The position numbers were made by a program, and so were the translations under genes. This document shows, piece by piece, positions 1 to 11,838 of a stretch of 64,000 nt of DNA (the stretch's first letter is position 1; each line of letters opens with the position of its first letter). Under the pieces are notes generated by a model. It ran no database searches, had not been told where the DNA came from, and saw only the letters and a program-made list of their open reading frames with translations. Where the stretch lies: assembly GCA_036574205.1 (NCBI GenBank), contig JAINCQ010000034.1, positions 7,352 to 71,351 on the forward strand, in the 5' to 3' direction. The stretch comes from Elusimicrobiota bacterium (GTDB taxonomy: Bacteria > Elusimicrobiota > Elusimicrobia > Elusimicrobiales > UBA9959).

Positions 1-2826
1 AGGGATAATCAGGCTCGTGCGATAAAATTAGTTTATGAAACTCCCCAAAGAAAAAAACTTATAATTGGTTCTGAAAAATCATTTAAGACAAGATTTCCAG
101 ATAAACAAATGATAAATTTATTTATCTTAAAAGTTGGAGATCATATAAAAAGAAATGATATAACTGAAAAGCTTATTTCAGCCGGGTTTTCAAAAACTAA
201 TTTTGTTGAGAAAAGCGGAGAGTTTGCGACAAGAGGATCGGTAGTTGATATTTTTAATTATGGGGAGGAATTTCCTTATAGGGTTTATTTTGATGGAGAT
301 AAGATTGAGGCAATTAGAAAATTTGATATAGAGACACAAAATACATTTGATTTCTCAATGGAACTTTCTGTTTTTAATTTAAAGGACTTAAGTAGAGATA
401 TTTTCTCTTTTGATTTTGATGTTTATGCTTATAAATGTTCAACAACAAATGATGATTTTATTATTCTTCAAGAAGATTTATGTGAAGTTAATGAGAATTT
501 TTTCCCAAATTTAAAATTTTTTTCAACAGATTCTGCTTTTGTTGAGATTAGCAGGGTGATTGAAAAAGGATTTTCAGTTTTTGTATATGGGCTTAATGAA
601 AAGGAAAATGCAAAGATATTTGAAAGTTTAGATGAGAAAAAGATTGAATTAAAAAGGGTTAAATTTTTAACAGGTTATATACCTTCTGGATTTTACAACG
701 ATAAAGATTCTATTATGGTTATTTCTTCAAATGAGATATTCAATAGAGGTTATGAGCATTATTATAGAGATTTAAGAAAAAAAGCGAAGAAATTTTTTAG
801 ACTGAATATCCTTGAAAAAGGTAATTTTGTGGTCCATGAAGATTATGGTGTTGGTATATATAAAGGGATAGTTGATTTTAGTCATAAAGATGAATGGGGA
901 AATATTTATCAGGATGAATGTGTGGAGATAGAATATGCTCATGGAGATAAGCTTTTTATCCCGCTTAATGATTTTAAAAAAATACAAAAATATATCGGCG
1001 CTGAGGGCGGGAAGGTAAAGATATCATCTCTTTCAAGCACGCAGTGGAAGAATATCAAAGAGAAGGTTAAAAAGGAGGTAGAAACTATTGCCAAGGATAT
1101 TATACGAGTTGAAGCAAAAAGACGAATGATAAGGTTAAAGCCAATGCTTAAAACAGAATTTGAGGATGAGTTTGCTATTGACTTTGGATATGAGGAAACT
1201 GAGGACCAGAAAAAAGCGATATCAGATGTAATGAAAGACCTTGAAAGTGGATTGGTTTCTAATAGAGTTATAGTTGGGGATGTTGGATTTGGAAAAACCG
1301 AAGTAGCAATGCGTGCGGCTTTTAGGGCAGTTACAAATGGATTTCAGGTTTGTGTTATGTGTCCCACAACAATTCTTGTGGAACAGCATTATAGGAATTT
1401 TAAAAAGAGATTTGAAAAATTTGGCATAAATGTAGCATCCATTTCAAGACTTATACCACCAAAAAAACAGAAAGAGATTTTCTCTGATATTTCAAAAGGT
1501 GTAATTGATATTATAATAGGAACACATAAACTTCTTTCTAATAATATTAAATTTAAAAATCTTGGAGTCCTCATTATAGATGAGGAACATAAATTTGGGG
1601 TAAAACAAAAGGAAGAAATAAAAAAAAGATATGAAAGTATTCATGTTTTTTACCTTTCTGCCACTCCAATACCCAGGACCCTTTATCAATCGCTTTCTGA
1701 TATAAGGAGTATGTCTATCATTGAAACACCTCCTGTAGGAAGACTTTCAGTAGAAACTAAAGTTATGGGGTATGATGATAATGTCATTATCTGGGCTGTT
1801 GATAAAGAGATTAAAAGGGGAGGGCAGGTTTATTATGTCTATAACAGGGTTGAGTTTATAGAAAGCAAATTAGAAAAACTTACTAAACTTTTACCGGGGA
1901 TTAAAATAGCGGTTATCCATGGACAGAAAACTGCAGATGAAATAGAGGAGATCATGCTTGGATTCCTTGAAAAAAAATATGATATGCTTCTTGCTTCCAC
2001 GATAATAGAATCTGGCATAGATATACCATCTGTTAACACACTTATAGTTGAAGATGCTCATAAAATGGGGTTAAGTCAGTTGTATCAGTTGAGAGGTAGA
2101 ATAGGAAGAGAAAAACAGAAAGCATATTGCTATCTTTTTTTCCCTAAATGGTTTGAGAAAGATGACGGAAATGTTTTAAATACTGATATGATAAAAAGAT
2201 TATTTGCCCTTGAAGAGTTTTCAGAACTTGGAAGCGGTTTCAGATTAGCCATGCGGGATCTTGAAATACGCGGAGCTGGTGAACTTTTAGGAACAAAGCA
2301 ACATGGTTTTATAAACACAATAGGTCTTGATATGTATGTGAAACTTTTAAATAATGAGGTAGCAAGGCTTAAGGGTAAGAAAATAGAAGAGGAAGAGGAT
2401 GTTTTAATAGATGTAAGGATATCAGCTATAATCCCGGAGTCGTATCTTAATGACGATATGGAAAGGCTGAATTTTTACAAAAGATTTTTTAATGCCCGTC
2501 TTGATGAAATAGATTCAATTGCTAAAAATCTATGTGATATAGCAGGTCCACTTCCCAAAGAGACAGAGAACCTTATACATTTGCTTAAGATAAAAAAGAT
2601 AGCTAAAAGCAAAGGTTTAAGAAAAATAGTTGAAAAAAATGGGAATATAGAGTTTTATTTTTCAAAAGAAACTAAAAACTTAAATAACGATGTTTTAAGG
2701 TGGCAGAAGATTTTTGGTCAAAGGCTTAAATTTTTTAAAACATCTATGGGAGATGGTTTTGAGATTAAGATTTTAAATCAGAACAGAATTGATATAATAA
2801 AAACTGCGCTTGAAATTGAGATATGA
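1..2826 (+). CDS. mfd: Transcription-repair coupling factor Mfd (5' end probably runs off the window)
   Basis: ORF 109..2826, but the same frame is open with no stop from nt 1, so the gene is probably truncated by the window edge. SF2 helicase motifs are present: GDVGFGKTEVAMRAA (Walker A) and IIDEEHKFGV (DEEH box). There is a CarD/TRCF-like segment VVHEDYGVGIYKGI and a TRCF-type C-terminal region. Confidence 0.9.
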   Translation, partial: RDNQARAIKLVYETPQRKKLIIGSEKSFKTRFPDKQMINLFILKVGDHIKRNDITEKLISAGFSKTNFVEKSGEFATRGSVVDIFNYGEEFPYRVYFDGDKIEAIRKFDIETQNTFDFSMELSVFNLKDLSRDIFSFDFDVYAYKCSTTNDDFIILQEDLCEVNENFFPNLKFFSTDSAFVEISRVIEKGFSVFVYGLNEKENAKIFESLDEKKIELKRVKFLTGYIPSGFYNDKDSIMVISSNEIFNRGYEHYYRDLRKKAKKFFRLNILEKGNFVVHEDYGVGIYKGIVDFSHKDEWGNIYQDECVEIEYAHGDKLFIPLNDFKKIQKYIGAEGGKVKISSLSSTQWKNIKEKVKKEVETIAKDIIRVEAKRRMIRLKPMLKTEFEDEFAIDFGYEETEDQKKAISDVMKDLESGLVSNRVIVGDVGFGKTEVAMRAAFRAVTNGFQVCVMCPTTILVEQHYRNFKKRFEKFGINVASISRLIPPKKQKEIFSDISKGVIDIIIGTHKLLSNNIKFKNLGVLIIDEEHKFGVKQKEEIKKRYESIHVFYLSATPIPRTLYQSLSDIRSMSIIETPPVGRLSVETKVMGYDDNVIIWAVDKEIKRGGQVYYVYNRVEFIESKLEKLTKLLPGIKIAVIHGQKTADEIEEIMLGFLEKKYDMLLASTIIESGIDIPSVNTLIVEDAHKMGLSQLYQLRGRIGREKQKAYCYLFFPKWFEKDDGNVLNTDMIKRLFALEEFSELGSGFRLAMRDLEIRGAGELLGTKQHGFINTIGLDMYVKLLNNEVARLKGKKIEEEEDVLIDVRISAIIPESYLNDDMERLNFYKRFFNARLDEIDSIAKNLCDIAGPLPKETENLIHLLKIKKIAKSKGLRKIVEKNGNIEFYFSKETKNLNNDVLRWQKIFGQRLKFFKTSMGDGFEIKILNQNRIDIIKTALEIEI

Positions 2827-3026
2827 AAGATAAAAATATAAATAAAGACAAATGGACTCAACATCTTCAACTTGGCTTTGAAATATCGGCTTATGTTGTA
2901 ATTTTCTTTTTTATTGGCTATCTACTTGATAATTATTTTAACTCCAGACCTTATCTTACTCTTGTTGGAATATTCTTTGCGATAGTAAGTGTTTTTTATG
3001 TAATATGGAAAAGATTTTTGAGATAA
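2823..3026 (+). CDS. atpZ: Small two-helix membrane protein of the AtpZ / 'ATPase gene 1' type preceding the atp operon
   Basis: 67 aa. The start overlaps the mfd stop (ATGA). Two hydrophobic helices. IGYLLDNYFNSRPYLTLVGIFFAIVSVFYVIWK resembles the G-x-x-lD-x-x-f-x-x-x-P-x-x motif of AtpZ-like proteins found upstream of F-type atp operons. Confidence 0.55.
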   Translation: MKDKNINKDKWTQHLQLGFEISAYVVIFFFIGYLLDNYFNSRPYLTLVGIFFAIVSVFYVIWKRFLR

Positions 3027-3307
3027 ATGCTTATTCAGCTATTTTAATAGCTTTGTTTTTTGGTATATTGAATGGCTATTCTATAAGATATTTGCTTTAA
3101 AAAAACATAAATGCAAGTGATAAAAAATTTTTTTTGGTATTCACTATTTCATTTTTATATAAACTTTTTTTTCTTATCATATCGGTTTTGTTATTAAGAC
3201 ATAAAAAAGTTATAATAATATTGTTATATAGCTTCGTTTTGATTATTACTCAAATTTTATTTGAAATAAAGCCGATTAAAGATTATGGAACTAAAAGAGA
3301 TACTTGA
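3005..3307 (+). pseudogene. Possible atpI-like small hydrophobic ORF interrupted by one in-frame TAA (3098-3100)
   Basis: Read by hand in frame 2: ATG at 3005 gives MEKIFEINAYSAILIALFFGILNGYSIRYLL, then TAA. The same frame continues KNINASDKKFFLVFTISFLYKLFFLIISVLLLRHKKVIIILLYSFVLIITQILFEIKPIKDYGTKRDT to TGA at 3305-3307. It is hydrophobic and lies between atpZ and atpB, where atpI usually sits. Neither half appears in the ORF track because both are under 60 aa. Confidence 0.3.
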
Positions 3308-4049
3308 GCATCACATAATTGACCATATATATGGATGGCTTAAGTTATATAATTTTAATCTTCCACTATCCAAGCATCTTTTGATGATGATCTTAGTTTC
3401 GCTTATCCTTGTATTTATATTCCCTGTTATTATAAATTCAAAGAACAGATTCCTTTCACCTTTAAAGCAGATGATAGAGGTAGTTCTTCTTTTTATTCGA
3501 GATGAAATTGTAAGGCCTAATTTAGGGCATTGCGCGGATAAATACGTCCCATATTTTGCCACTCTTTTTTTCTTTATACTTTTGATGAACCTTATAGGAT
3601 TTGTACCTTTTGGAGCTACTGCTACTGGGAATATAGCAGTTACAATTGGACTTGCACTTACCACATTTGTTCTTATAAATTATTCAGGAATAAAAGAAAA
3701 AGGATTTTTTCATTATTTAAAAAATTTTGTCCCTCCTGATATTCCTCTATGGCTTTATCCCATAATAATACCGATAGAGATAATAGGTCTTTTTACAAAA
3801 ACCTTTGCCCTGGCAATCCGATTATTTGCCAATATGATATCTGGTCATATAGTAATACTTGTTTTTATAAGCTTTATTTTTATATTTGGAGCAATGAATG
3901 TATATATAGGATTGTTTTTGACCGCTCCTATATCAGTATTGCTTGTAATTTTCGTTTCATTGCTTGAAGTGCTTGTGGCTTTTTTACAGGCTTATATATT
4001 TACGTTTTTGACGGCAATATTTACATCGCAGTCAGTTAGTTCTCATTAA
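3285..4049 (+). CDS. atpB: F0F1 ATP synthase subunit a
   Basis: 254 aa polytopic membrane protein immediately upstream of the c subunit. Carries the subunit-a signature FALAIRLFANMISGH with the conserved Arg. Confidence 0.95.
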   Translation: MELKEILEHHIIDHIYGWLKLYNFNLPLSKHLLMMILVSLILVFIFPVIINSKNRFLSPLKQMIEVVLLFIRDEIVRPNLGHCADKYVPYFATLFFFILLMNLIGFVPFGATATGNIAVTIGLALTTFVLINYSGIKEKGFFHYLKNFVPPDIPLWLYPIIIPIEIIGLFTKTFALAIRLFANMISGHIVILVFISFIFIFGAMNVYIGLFLTAPISVLLVIFVSLLEVLVAFLQAYIFTFLTAIFTSQSVSSH

Positions 4050-4124
4050 ATCAGTGTAAGTTTGGTTTTAGATTTGATTTATTGATATTAAGGCCTGAAG
4101 CAAAAAATAAAAAAAGGAGGAAAA

Positions 4125-4418
4125 ATGGAACTTACATTCTTAGGATTGGGCTACATAGGAGCAGGAGTCGGTGCGGGGCTTACTCTTATAGGTGCGGCTT
4201 ATGGTATAGGAAAGCTGGCTTCCAGTGCCCTTGAGGGGACTGCCAGACAACCTGAAGCGGCAAATACTATAAGGACGACTATGATTATAGCCGCTGCGCT
4301 TATTGAAGGAATAGCATTTCTTTCACTGGTTATATGCCTTTTAATAGCCATGAACTTTGGTATGCCAAAAAGTGAAAACACCACTGCTCAAACTAATATA
4401 GAACAGGTAAAGAAATAA
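4125..4418 (+). CDS. atpE: F0F1 ATP synthase subunit c
   Basis: 97 aa helical hairpin. Gly-rich helix 1 (GAGVGAGLTLIGAAYGIG), polar loop ARQPE, and helix 2 AAALIEGIAF with the ion-binding Glu. Strong RBS AAGGAGG upstream. Confidence 0.95.
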   Translation: MELTFLGLGYIGAGVGAGLTLIGAAYGIGKLASSALEGTARQPEAANTIRTTMIIAAALIEGIAFLSLVICLLIAMNFGMPKSENTTAQTNIEQVKK

Positions 4419-4421
4419 ACT

Positions 4422-4931
4422 ATGGAAAATCTTATAAAGCCTGAGTTCGGTTTAACCTTCTGGACAATATTAATTTTTGTGATTCTTGTTATGCTTCTTG
4501 CAAAATTCGTCTGGAAGCCTCTTCTTGCAGCCGTTGATGAAAGAGAAAAAAGGATAGCCGCTGATGTTGAAAAAGCAGCTAAATCAAGGGAAGAAGCTGA
4601 GAATATGAAGCTTGAAATAGAGCAGAGGCTAAAATCTCTGAACAAAGAGATTAGCGAGAGGATAAACAGAGCTATTTATGAAGCCAATATAGAACGTGAA
4701 AAAATAATTGAAAAAGCCCGAACTCAGGCAGAACTTCTTGTTGAAAATGCCAAAAAGGAGATGGAGAGCCAGAAAATGGCTATAGAGAAAGAGATAGAGA
4801 AAAAACTCGTTGAAACCTCCTCTCTTATAGCGAAAAAAGTTTTAGGTGAGATAGTGGACAAAAAGATTGACGAGAAAATTCTTGAAATCTCTTTGAAGGA
4901 GTATAAATCAGGCTCGTTTAGAAAAAATTGA
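4422..4931 (+). CDS. atpF: F0F1 ATP synthase subunit b
   Basis: 169 aa. One N-terminal TM segment (FWTILIFVILVMLLAKFVW) followed by a long charged helical stalk. Position between c and delta. Confidence 0.85.
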   Translation: MENLIKPEFGLTFWTILIFVILVMLLAKFVWKPLLAAVDEREKRIAADVEKAAKSREEAENMKLEIEQRLKSLNKEISERINRAIYEANIEREKIIEKARTQAELLVENAKKEMESQKMAIEKEIEKKLVETSSLIAKKVLGEIVDKKIDEKILEISLKEYKSGSFRKN

Positions 4932-5476
4932 ATATGAATATTTCAGATATATCCATTTCAAAAAAATACGCCTTTGCATATTTTTTAGCTCAGGGTGAAT
5001 CTGTTGAAAAAAAGAAAGAGCGTATTTTTGAGATAGCTTCTGTTGTCAAACAAAACGCTGATTTTTTTATAAATCCATCTATTGGTGTTGAAGTTAAATG
5101 GGAAATACTTGATAAGATTATCACTGATGATCTTAAAAACTCTGCAGCAAGAAGATTAGTTGAGATTTTAATTGAGAACAAAAAAATACAGCTTTTGACA
5201 ATTATAGTTGATGAATTTGAAAGGCTTTATTTTGAATCTAAAAAACATATTAAGATGGAGGTTAGGGCGAGACATCCACTTTCAGAAAAGGAAAAAAACG
5301 ATATAATTTTAACTTTTAAAGAAGCTACGGGCATAACACCTGTGATTAAATTTGTGGAGGATAAAAGCATAATAGGCGGTTTTATAATGAGATGGGATGA
5401 CAGAATATTTGATTCGACAATTAACCAGAAAATAAATTTACTTGAAAAAGAAGTTATTGAGAAGGAGATAATATGA
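4928..5476 (+). CDS. atpH: F0F1 ATP synthase subunit delta (OSCP)
   Basis: 182 aa. 4-nt overlaps with both neighbours. Position between b and alpha. OSCP-like C-terminus ([26 protein letters not shown]). Confidence 0.85.
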   Translation: MNMNISDISISKKYAFAYFLAQGESVEKKKERIFEIASVVKQNADFFINPSIGVEVKWEILDKIITDDLKNSAARRLVEILIENKKIQLLTIIVDEFERLYFESKKHIKMEVRARHPLSEKEKNDIILTFKEATGITPVIKFVEDKSIIGGFIMRWDDRIFDSTINQKINLLEKEVIEKEII

Positions 5477-6996
5477 TGAGATCCGATGAAATAACACAGA
5501 TAATAAAATCCAAAATAGAAAAATTTGTTCCTCATTCTGAGCTTGGTGAGGTAGGTCAGGTTATAAGTGTTGGGGATGGGGTTGTAAAAGCATGGGGGCT
5601 AAACTCTGCTGTGATGGGAGAGCTTGTAGAATTTGAAGGTGGGGTTAGTGGAATGGTTTTGAATATAGAAAGAGAGGGTGTTGGTATAGTGGTTTTAGGG
5701 GATGATAAACTTATTAAAGAATCCACAATAGTTAAAAGAACAGGTAGCGTTATGCAGGTTGGAGTTGGTAAAGGACTTATAGGAAGGATAGTGGATCCTC
5801 TTGGAAATCCGATAGATGGAAAAGGTCCAATAAAATTTGAAGGGAAAAGACCTGTTGAGGTAATAGCACCAGGGATAGTTGAAAGAAGTCCGGTCAAAGA
5901 GCCACTTCAAACCGGAATTAAGGCGATAGATGGGATGATACCTATAGGAAGAGGACAGAGAGAGCTTATAATTGGTGACAGACAAACCGGAAAGACAGCA
6001 ATAGCGATAGATACAATCATAAATCAAAGGAAAGAACCGGAAAATAAAAGACCTATATGCATATATGTTGCAATTGGTCAAAAAGAAATGAGTGTTGCAA
6101 GAATAGCCAAAGTTCTTGAAGATAATCACGCAATGGAATACACAATAATAGTTTCGGCTTCAGCCTCACAACCAGCCCCGCTTCTTTATTTAGCGCCATA
6201 TTCAGGTTGCGCGATGGGTGAGCATTTTATGTGGCAGGGCAAGCATGTTTTAGTTGTCTATGATGACCTTTCAAAGCATGCTCAAGCATACAGGCAGATG
6301 TCATTACTTTTAAGAAGACCGCCGGGCAGGGAGGCTTATCCTGGAGATGTTTTTTATTTACATTCAAGGCTTCTCGAAAGAGCATGCAAACTGAATGAAA
6401 AAAATGGAGGCGGATCCCTTACGGCTTTACCGATAATAGAAACTCAGGCAAACGATGTTTCAGCTTATATCCCTACTAATGTTATATCAATAACTGACGG
6501 ACAGATATATCTTGAGCCTTCTCTTTTTTATGCCGGTATACGACCGGCTGTGAATGTTGGTATATCAGTTTCAAGGGTTGGTGGATCTGCACAGATAAAA
6601 GCGATGAGACAGGTTGCTGGTAAGTTAAGAATAGATCTTGCTCAATATAATGAATTACAGGCATTCGCCCAATTTTCTTCAGACCTTGATAAAGAGACCC
6701 TTGCTTTCATAAAAAGAGGGCAGAGGCTTGTTGAACTTTTAAAACAGGATCAGTATCAACCAATGGCGGTAGCAGAAGAAGTTATGGTCTTATATGCAGG
6801 CACAAGAGGTTATTTTGACGATATAGATCTTCAACGGCTAAAAGAGTTTGAATTAAAGTTCGTTCAGTATTTAAGGGAAAATAAATCTGAGCTTCTTGAA
6901 GAGATAACAATTAAAAAAGAAATAGTGAGCGAGCTTGAGGAAAAGATTAAAAAGACCATAGAGGAGTTTAAGTCTAATTTTATAAAAAATTTATAA
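5473..6996 (+). CDS. atpA: F0F1 ATP synthase subunit alpha
   Basis: 507 aa. Walker [25 protein letters not shown], and typical alpha-subunit blocks throughout. Confidence 0.97.
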   Translation: MMRSDEITQIIKSKIEKFVPHSELGEVGQVISVGDGVVKAWGLNSAVMGELVEFEGGVSGMVLNIEREGVGIVVLGDDKLIKESTIVKRTGSVMQVGVGKGLIGRIVDPLGNPIDGKGPIKFEGKRPVEVIAPGIVERSPVKEPLQTGIKAIDGMIPIGRGQRELIIGDRQTGKTAIAIDTIINQRKEPENKRPICIYVAIGQKEMSVARIAKVLEDNHAMEYTIIVSASASQPAPLLYLAPYSGCAMGEHFMWQGKHVLVVYDDLSKHAQAYRQMSLLLRRPPGREAYPGDVFYLHSRLLERACKLNEKNGGGSLTALPIIETQANDVSAYIPTNVISITDGQIYLEPSLFYAGIRPAVNVGISVSRVGGSAQIKAMRQVAGKLRIDLAQYNELQAFAQFSSDLDKETLAFIKRGQRLVELLKQDQYQPMAVAEEVMVLYAGTRGYFDDIDLQRLKEFELKFVQYLRENKSELLEEITIKKEIVSELEEKIKKTIEEFKSNFIKNL

Positions 6997-7006
6997 TGGA
7001 GATTTT

Positions 7007-7921
7007 ATGAAATATCTTGTTACTGGTGGAGCCGGTTTTGTTGGTTCAAATATTGCAAAGGCGCTTAGTGATGAAAGGAAAGAGGATGTAGTTGTAGTTG
7101 ATAATTTTTCAAGCGGGAATTTCAAAAATCTTATTGGCTTTAACGGAGATGTTATTGCTGATGATATATTAAGCAACAAATGGTGGGGTAAGGTTGGAAA
7201 GGTTGATGCAATTTTTCATCAGGCTGCTATAACCGACACAACGGTTATGGATCAAAAACTTATGATGGATGTAAATGTTGAGGGGTTCAGGAATATTCTT
7301 GAATATGCTTTGAAATATGATATAAGACAGATAATTTATGCATCAAGCGCGGCGGTTTATGGCAACTCGCCATGTCCTATGACAGAGGAACAAACCCCAA
7401 CCCCGGAAAACATATATGGTTTTTCAAAAGCGATAATGGATAATATTGCAAAAGATTATATTAAAAGATTTCCAAAGCTTAAAATTATTGGCTTAAGATA
7501 CTTTAATGTTTATGGTCCTGGTGAATTTTTTAAAGGAAAATTTGCTTCTATGATATACCAGCTTTATCTTCAGATGAAAGAAGGCAAAAAGCCAAGGATA
7601 TTTAAATATGGTGAACAGATGAGGGATTTTGTTTATATAAAGGATGTTGTTAATGCTAATTTACTTGCGCTTGAATGTGAAACAAGCGTAATTGTAAACA
7701 TTGGAACCGGTGTCCCTGAAAATTTTAATTATGTAATAGAATGCCTGAATAAAGCCCTTAAAACCTCATATGATATAGAGTATTTTGAAAACCCTTATAG
7801 CTTTTATCAAAATAAAACTCAGGCAGATTTAAAAAGAGCAAAGGCGCATTTAAATTACAGGCCTTCATGGCCGCTTGATAGAGGGATAACTGATTATATA
7901 AACACAATTTCCAAAAAGTAA
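7007..7921 (+). CDS. hldD: ADP-L-glycero-D-manno-heptose 6-epimerase-like SDR, inserted inside the atp operon
   Basis: 304 aa. Rossmann motif VTGGAGFVGSNI, YASSAAVYG, catalytic YGFSK (YxxxK), RYFNVYGPGEFFKGKFASM and YQNKTQADLKRAK. These line up with the E. coli HldD/RfaD blocks as I remember them (GGAGFIGSN, YASSAATYG, YGYSK, RYFNVYGPREGHKGSMAS, YQAFTQADL). Confidence 0.75.
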   Translation: MKYLVTGGAGFVGSNIAKALSDERKEDVVVVDNFSSGNFKNLIGFNGDVIADDILSNKWWGKVGKVDAIFHQAAITDTTVMDQKLMMDVNVEGFRNILEYALKYDIRQIIYASSAAVYGNSPCPMTEEQTPTPENIYGFSKAIMDNIAKDYIKRFPKLKIIGLRYFNVYGPGEFFKGKFASMIYQLYLQMKEGKKPRIFKYGEQMRDFVYIKDVVNANLLALECETSVIVNIGTGVPENFNYVIECLNKALKTSYDIEYFENPYSFYQNKTQADLKRAKAHLNYRPSWPLDRGITDYINTISKK

Positions 7922-7930
7922 AGGCAGGAT

Positions 7931-8818
7931 ATGGCTTCTTTAAGAGACATAAGAAAGCATATAAAAGCTGTTAAAAACATAAGACAGATAACCTATGCAA
8001 TGAAAATGGTTTCATCGGCAAGGATAAAAAAAGCCCAGTCACAGATACTTGGCTTTAAACCTTATATAAGTTATCTTGAGAATGTGGTTTTTTCCCTTAA
8101 AGGCGAGATGATGGAGGAGGATTTTAAAACAACGGGGCTTTATCGTTTTTTTAAAAAAGAGTCTTTGACAAACTCCATAGGGATAGTGGTTGTTGGAGGG
8201 GATAAAGGGCTTTGCGGCTCTTTCAATTCTTCAATAATTAACCTTGCTGTGAAATTAATAAGAAATAACAAAGGTAAAAAAATATATATTATCCCGGTTG
8301 GGAAAAAATCATATGATTTTTTTAAAAAAGTAAAAGAGGTAAATTTATATTATCAGATATATAATATCTTTCCAAAAGTAAACTATGCCCATGCCTCGCT
8401 TCTATCCTCTAAAATAATAGAAGCCTATGAAAAACTGAACCTTGATGAAATATATATGGTATATAGCGAATTTAGAAATATGATGAAGCAGGAGTTTAAA
8501 TCTATTTCTTTTTTACCAATAATTAATCGCATAGGTGGCGATGAAGGCAAAGAAAATTTAGAGGATTTTATTTTTGAACCAGAAAAAAGTATATTACTTA
8601 AAAACCTGATACCTAAATATATAAATATGAGAGTTTATAGTGTGCTTCTTGAAAATCAGGCATCTGAGCTTGCTGCAAGGATGCAAGCAATGGAGTTAGC
8701 AAGCAAAAATGCAGGTGAGCTGATAGACGAATTGACATTAAGAATGAACAAATTAAGGCAGGCTCAGATAACAACTGAACTTAATGAGATAGTTAGTGGA
8801 GCAAGTGCTATACAATAA
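7931..8818 (+). CDS. atpG: F0F1 ATP synthase subunit gamma
   Basis: 295 aa. N-terminus MASLRDIRKHIKAVKNIRQITYAMKMVSSARIKKAQ and C-terminus LRQAQITTELNEIVSGASAI are classic gamma helices. Confidence 0.95.
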   Translation: MASLRDIRKHIKAVKNIRQITYAMKMVSSARIKKAQSQILGFKPYISYLENVVFSLKGEMMEEDFKTTGLYRFFKKESLTNSIGIVVVGGDKGLCGSFNSSIINLAVKLIRNNKGKKIYIIPVGKKSYDFFKKVKEVNLYYQIYNIFPKVNYAHASLLSSKIIEAYEKLNLDEIYMVYSEFRNMMKQEFKSISFLPIINRIGGDEGKENLEDFIFEPEKSILLKNLIPKYINMRVYSVLLENQASELAARMQAMELASKNAGELIDELTLRMNKLRQAQITTELNEIVSGASAIQ

Positions 8819-10671
<1,853 letters not shown>

Positions 10672-10695
10672 CTTTTTTTATAGTATAATATCTAT

Positions 10696-11838
10696 ATGTT
10701 TAAAAAGCTTTTAAATTTTCAAAAGATAGCAGTCTTTTTGTTTTTTTATTTTTTCTTATTATCCTCTTTAAGTGCTCAGACCTGGACTATTAAAGTTTAT
10801 TGTGCAGGAACAACTGGAAGTTGCGGAAGCGCTACAATAAGCCAGAACATAGGTACATATTCAACTCAAAGTAAGTGTGAGACTGCAAAAAGCGAAGCTT
10901 ATTGCACTTTTATATACTGCCCTTCTGAATGCAATGGTTGTAGCATAACATCACAGTCATTTATGTGTGTGCATGGTTCAGGTGAATCACAGCCTCATAT
11001 ATGGTTTGAAAATCCTGGTGGAGGTTTTTATAATTCTCCATATACTAAAACAATGATGGATGAACTTGGAAGAACCGCGGCGGGGCTTAATAATTTTGCA
11101 AAAAATTCAAATATAGGAAAAGAAACTGGAACTTCATCTTTTTCAAAACATTATAGCACTGAATTTGAAGATTGGGTTAGAGAAAATCATGAAAGGAATA
11201 AAATTTATCACAATATTGACAACGAGCCGCCAACTGACAGAAGCCGTATGGTTCAATTTGAATATAGACAGGAGTCTTTAAATTATAGGTGCGATCAGGA
11301 TTTTGATAAATGCTCAAATGCCTTCAGACAACAGGAAAGATTTACTGAAAGAGCCGAAAAAGAATATCTTGCCCGGGAGGTTGTAACTTCCGGCGCTCAA
11401 ACGATGGTTGATGCTCTGGGAGATATCATCCCATCTGCTTCTGATATCGGCTCTAAGGTTGGTGAGGATATATTAGGTGATGAGAAATCAAAAAAAATCG
11501 CAGAAGGAACTGAAAAAGGAAAGGAAGCTTATGATTGGGGTAAACAATGGAAAGAATGCTTTGATTCGTGGAAGAAAAAATCCGACTCCATAGACTCGTT
11601 TTCAAAAAATGCTGGCGAGGCTATAAATAAAAATAATTCCGAGTTGAATAAATGCCTTGATGTTGCAAACAGTCTACTTGAAAAAGGCGAAGAAATTTTT
11701 AGCGATATGAACTATCTTGGCAAGAAGGTTTATGATACAGGTAAAAGAGTTATTCAAAACTATAACGAACGTGTATTAAATCGCGCTATGGAGATGATAA
11801 ATAGCGCAAATGGATGTATGAGGACTGAATGCAGATAA
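10696..11838 (+). CDS. Hypothetical secreted protein with a Cys-rich N-terminal module
   Basis: 380 aa. Signal-like N-terminus (KIAVFLFFYFFLLSSLSAQ). About a dozen Cys in the first ~90 mature residues (YCAGTTGSCGS...KCETAKSEAYCTFIYCPSECNGCSI...MCVHG). Lys/Glu-rich helical C-terminal half ending CMRTECR. No family recognised. Confidence 0.6.
   Translation: MFKKLLNFQKIAVFLFFYFFLLSSLSAQTWTIKVYCAGTTGSCGSATISQNIGTYSTQSKCETAKSEAYCTFIYCPSECNGCSITSQSFMCVHGSGESQPHIWFENPGGGFYNSPYTKTMMDELGRTAAGLNNFAKNSNIGKETGTSSFSKHYSTEFEDWVRENHERNKIYHNIDNEPPTDRSRMVQFEYRQESLNYRCDQDFDKCSNAFRQQERFTERAEKEYLAREVVTSGAQTMVDALGDIIPSASDIGSKVGEDILGDEKSKKIAEGTEKGKEAYDWGKQWKECFDSWKKKSDSIDSFSKNAGEAINKNNSELNKCLDVANSLLEKGEEIFSDMNYLGKKVYDTGKRVIQNYNERVLNRAMEMINSANGCMRTECR

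Noticed and set aside
4125-4418. Possibility of a Na+-translocating c subunit
   Set aside because: The ion-binding helix reads ALIEGIAF. The Ser/Thr directly after the Glu and the helix-1 Gln of Na+-binding c subunits (as in Ilyobacter or Propionigenium) are not present, so a H+ type is the default.
10684-10698. TATAAT box 6 nt upstream of the ATG at 10696, suggesting a leaderless transcript for the envelope operon
   Set aside because: There is no credible -35 or extended -10 element, and AT-rich DNA yields TATAAT by chance. Read-through from atpC is the simpler explanation. It would need 5'-end mapping.
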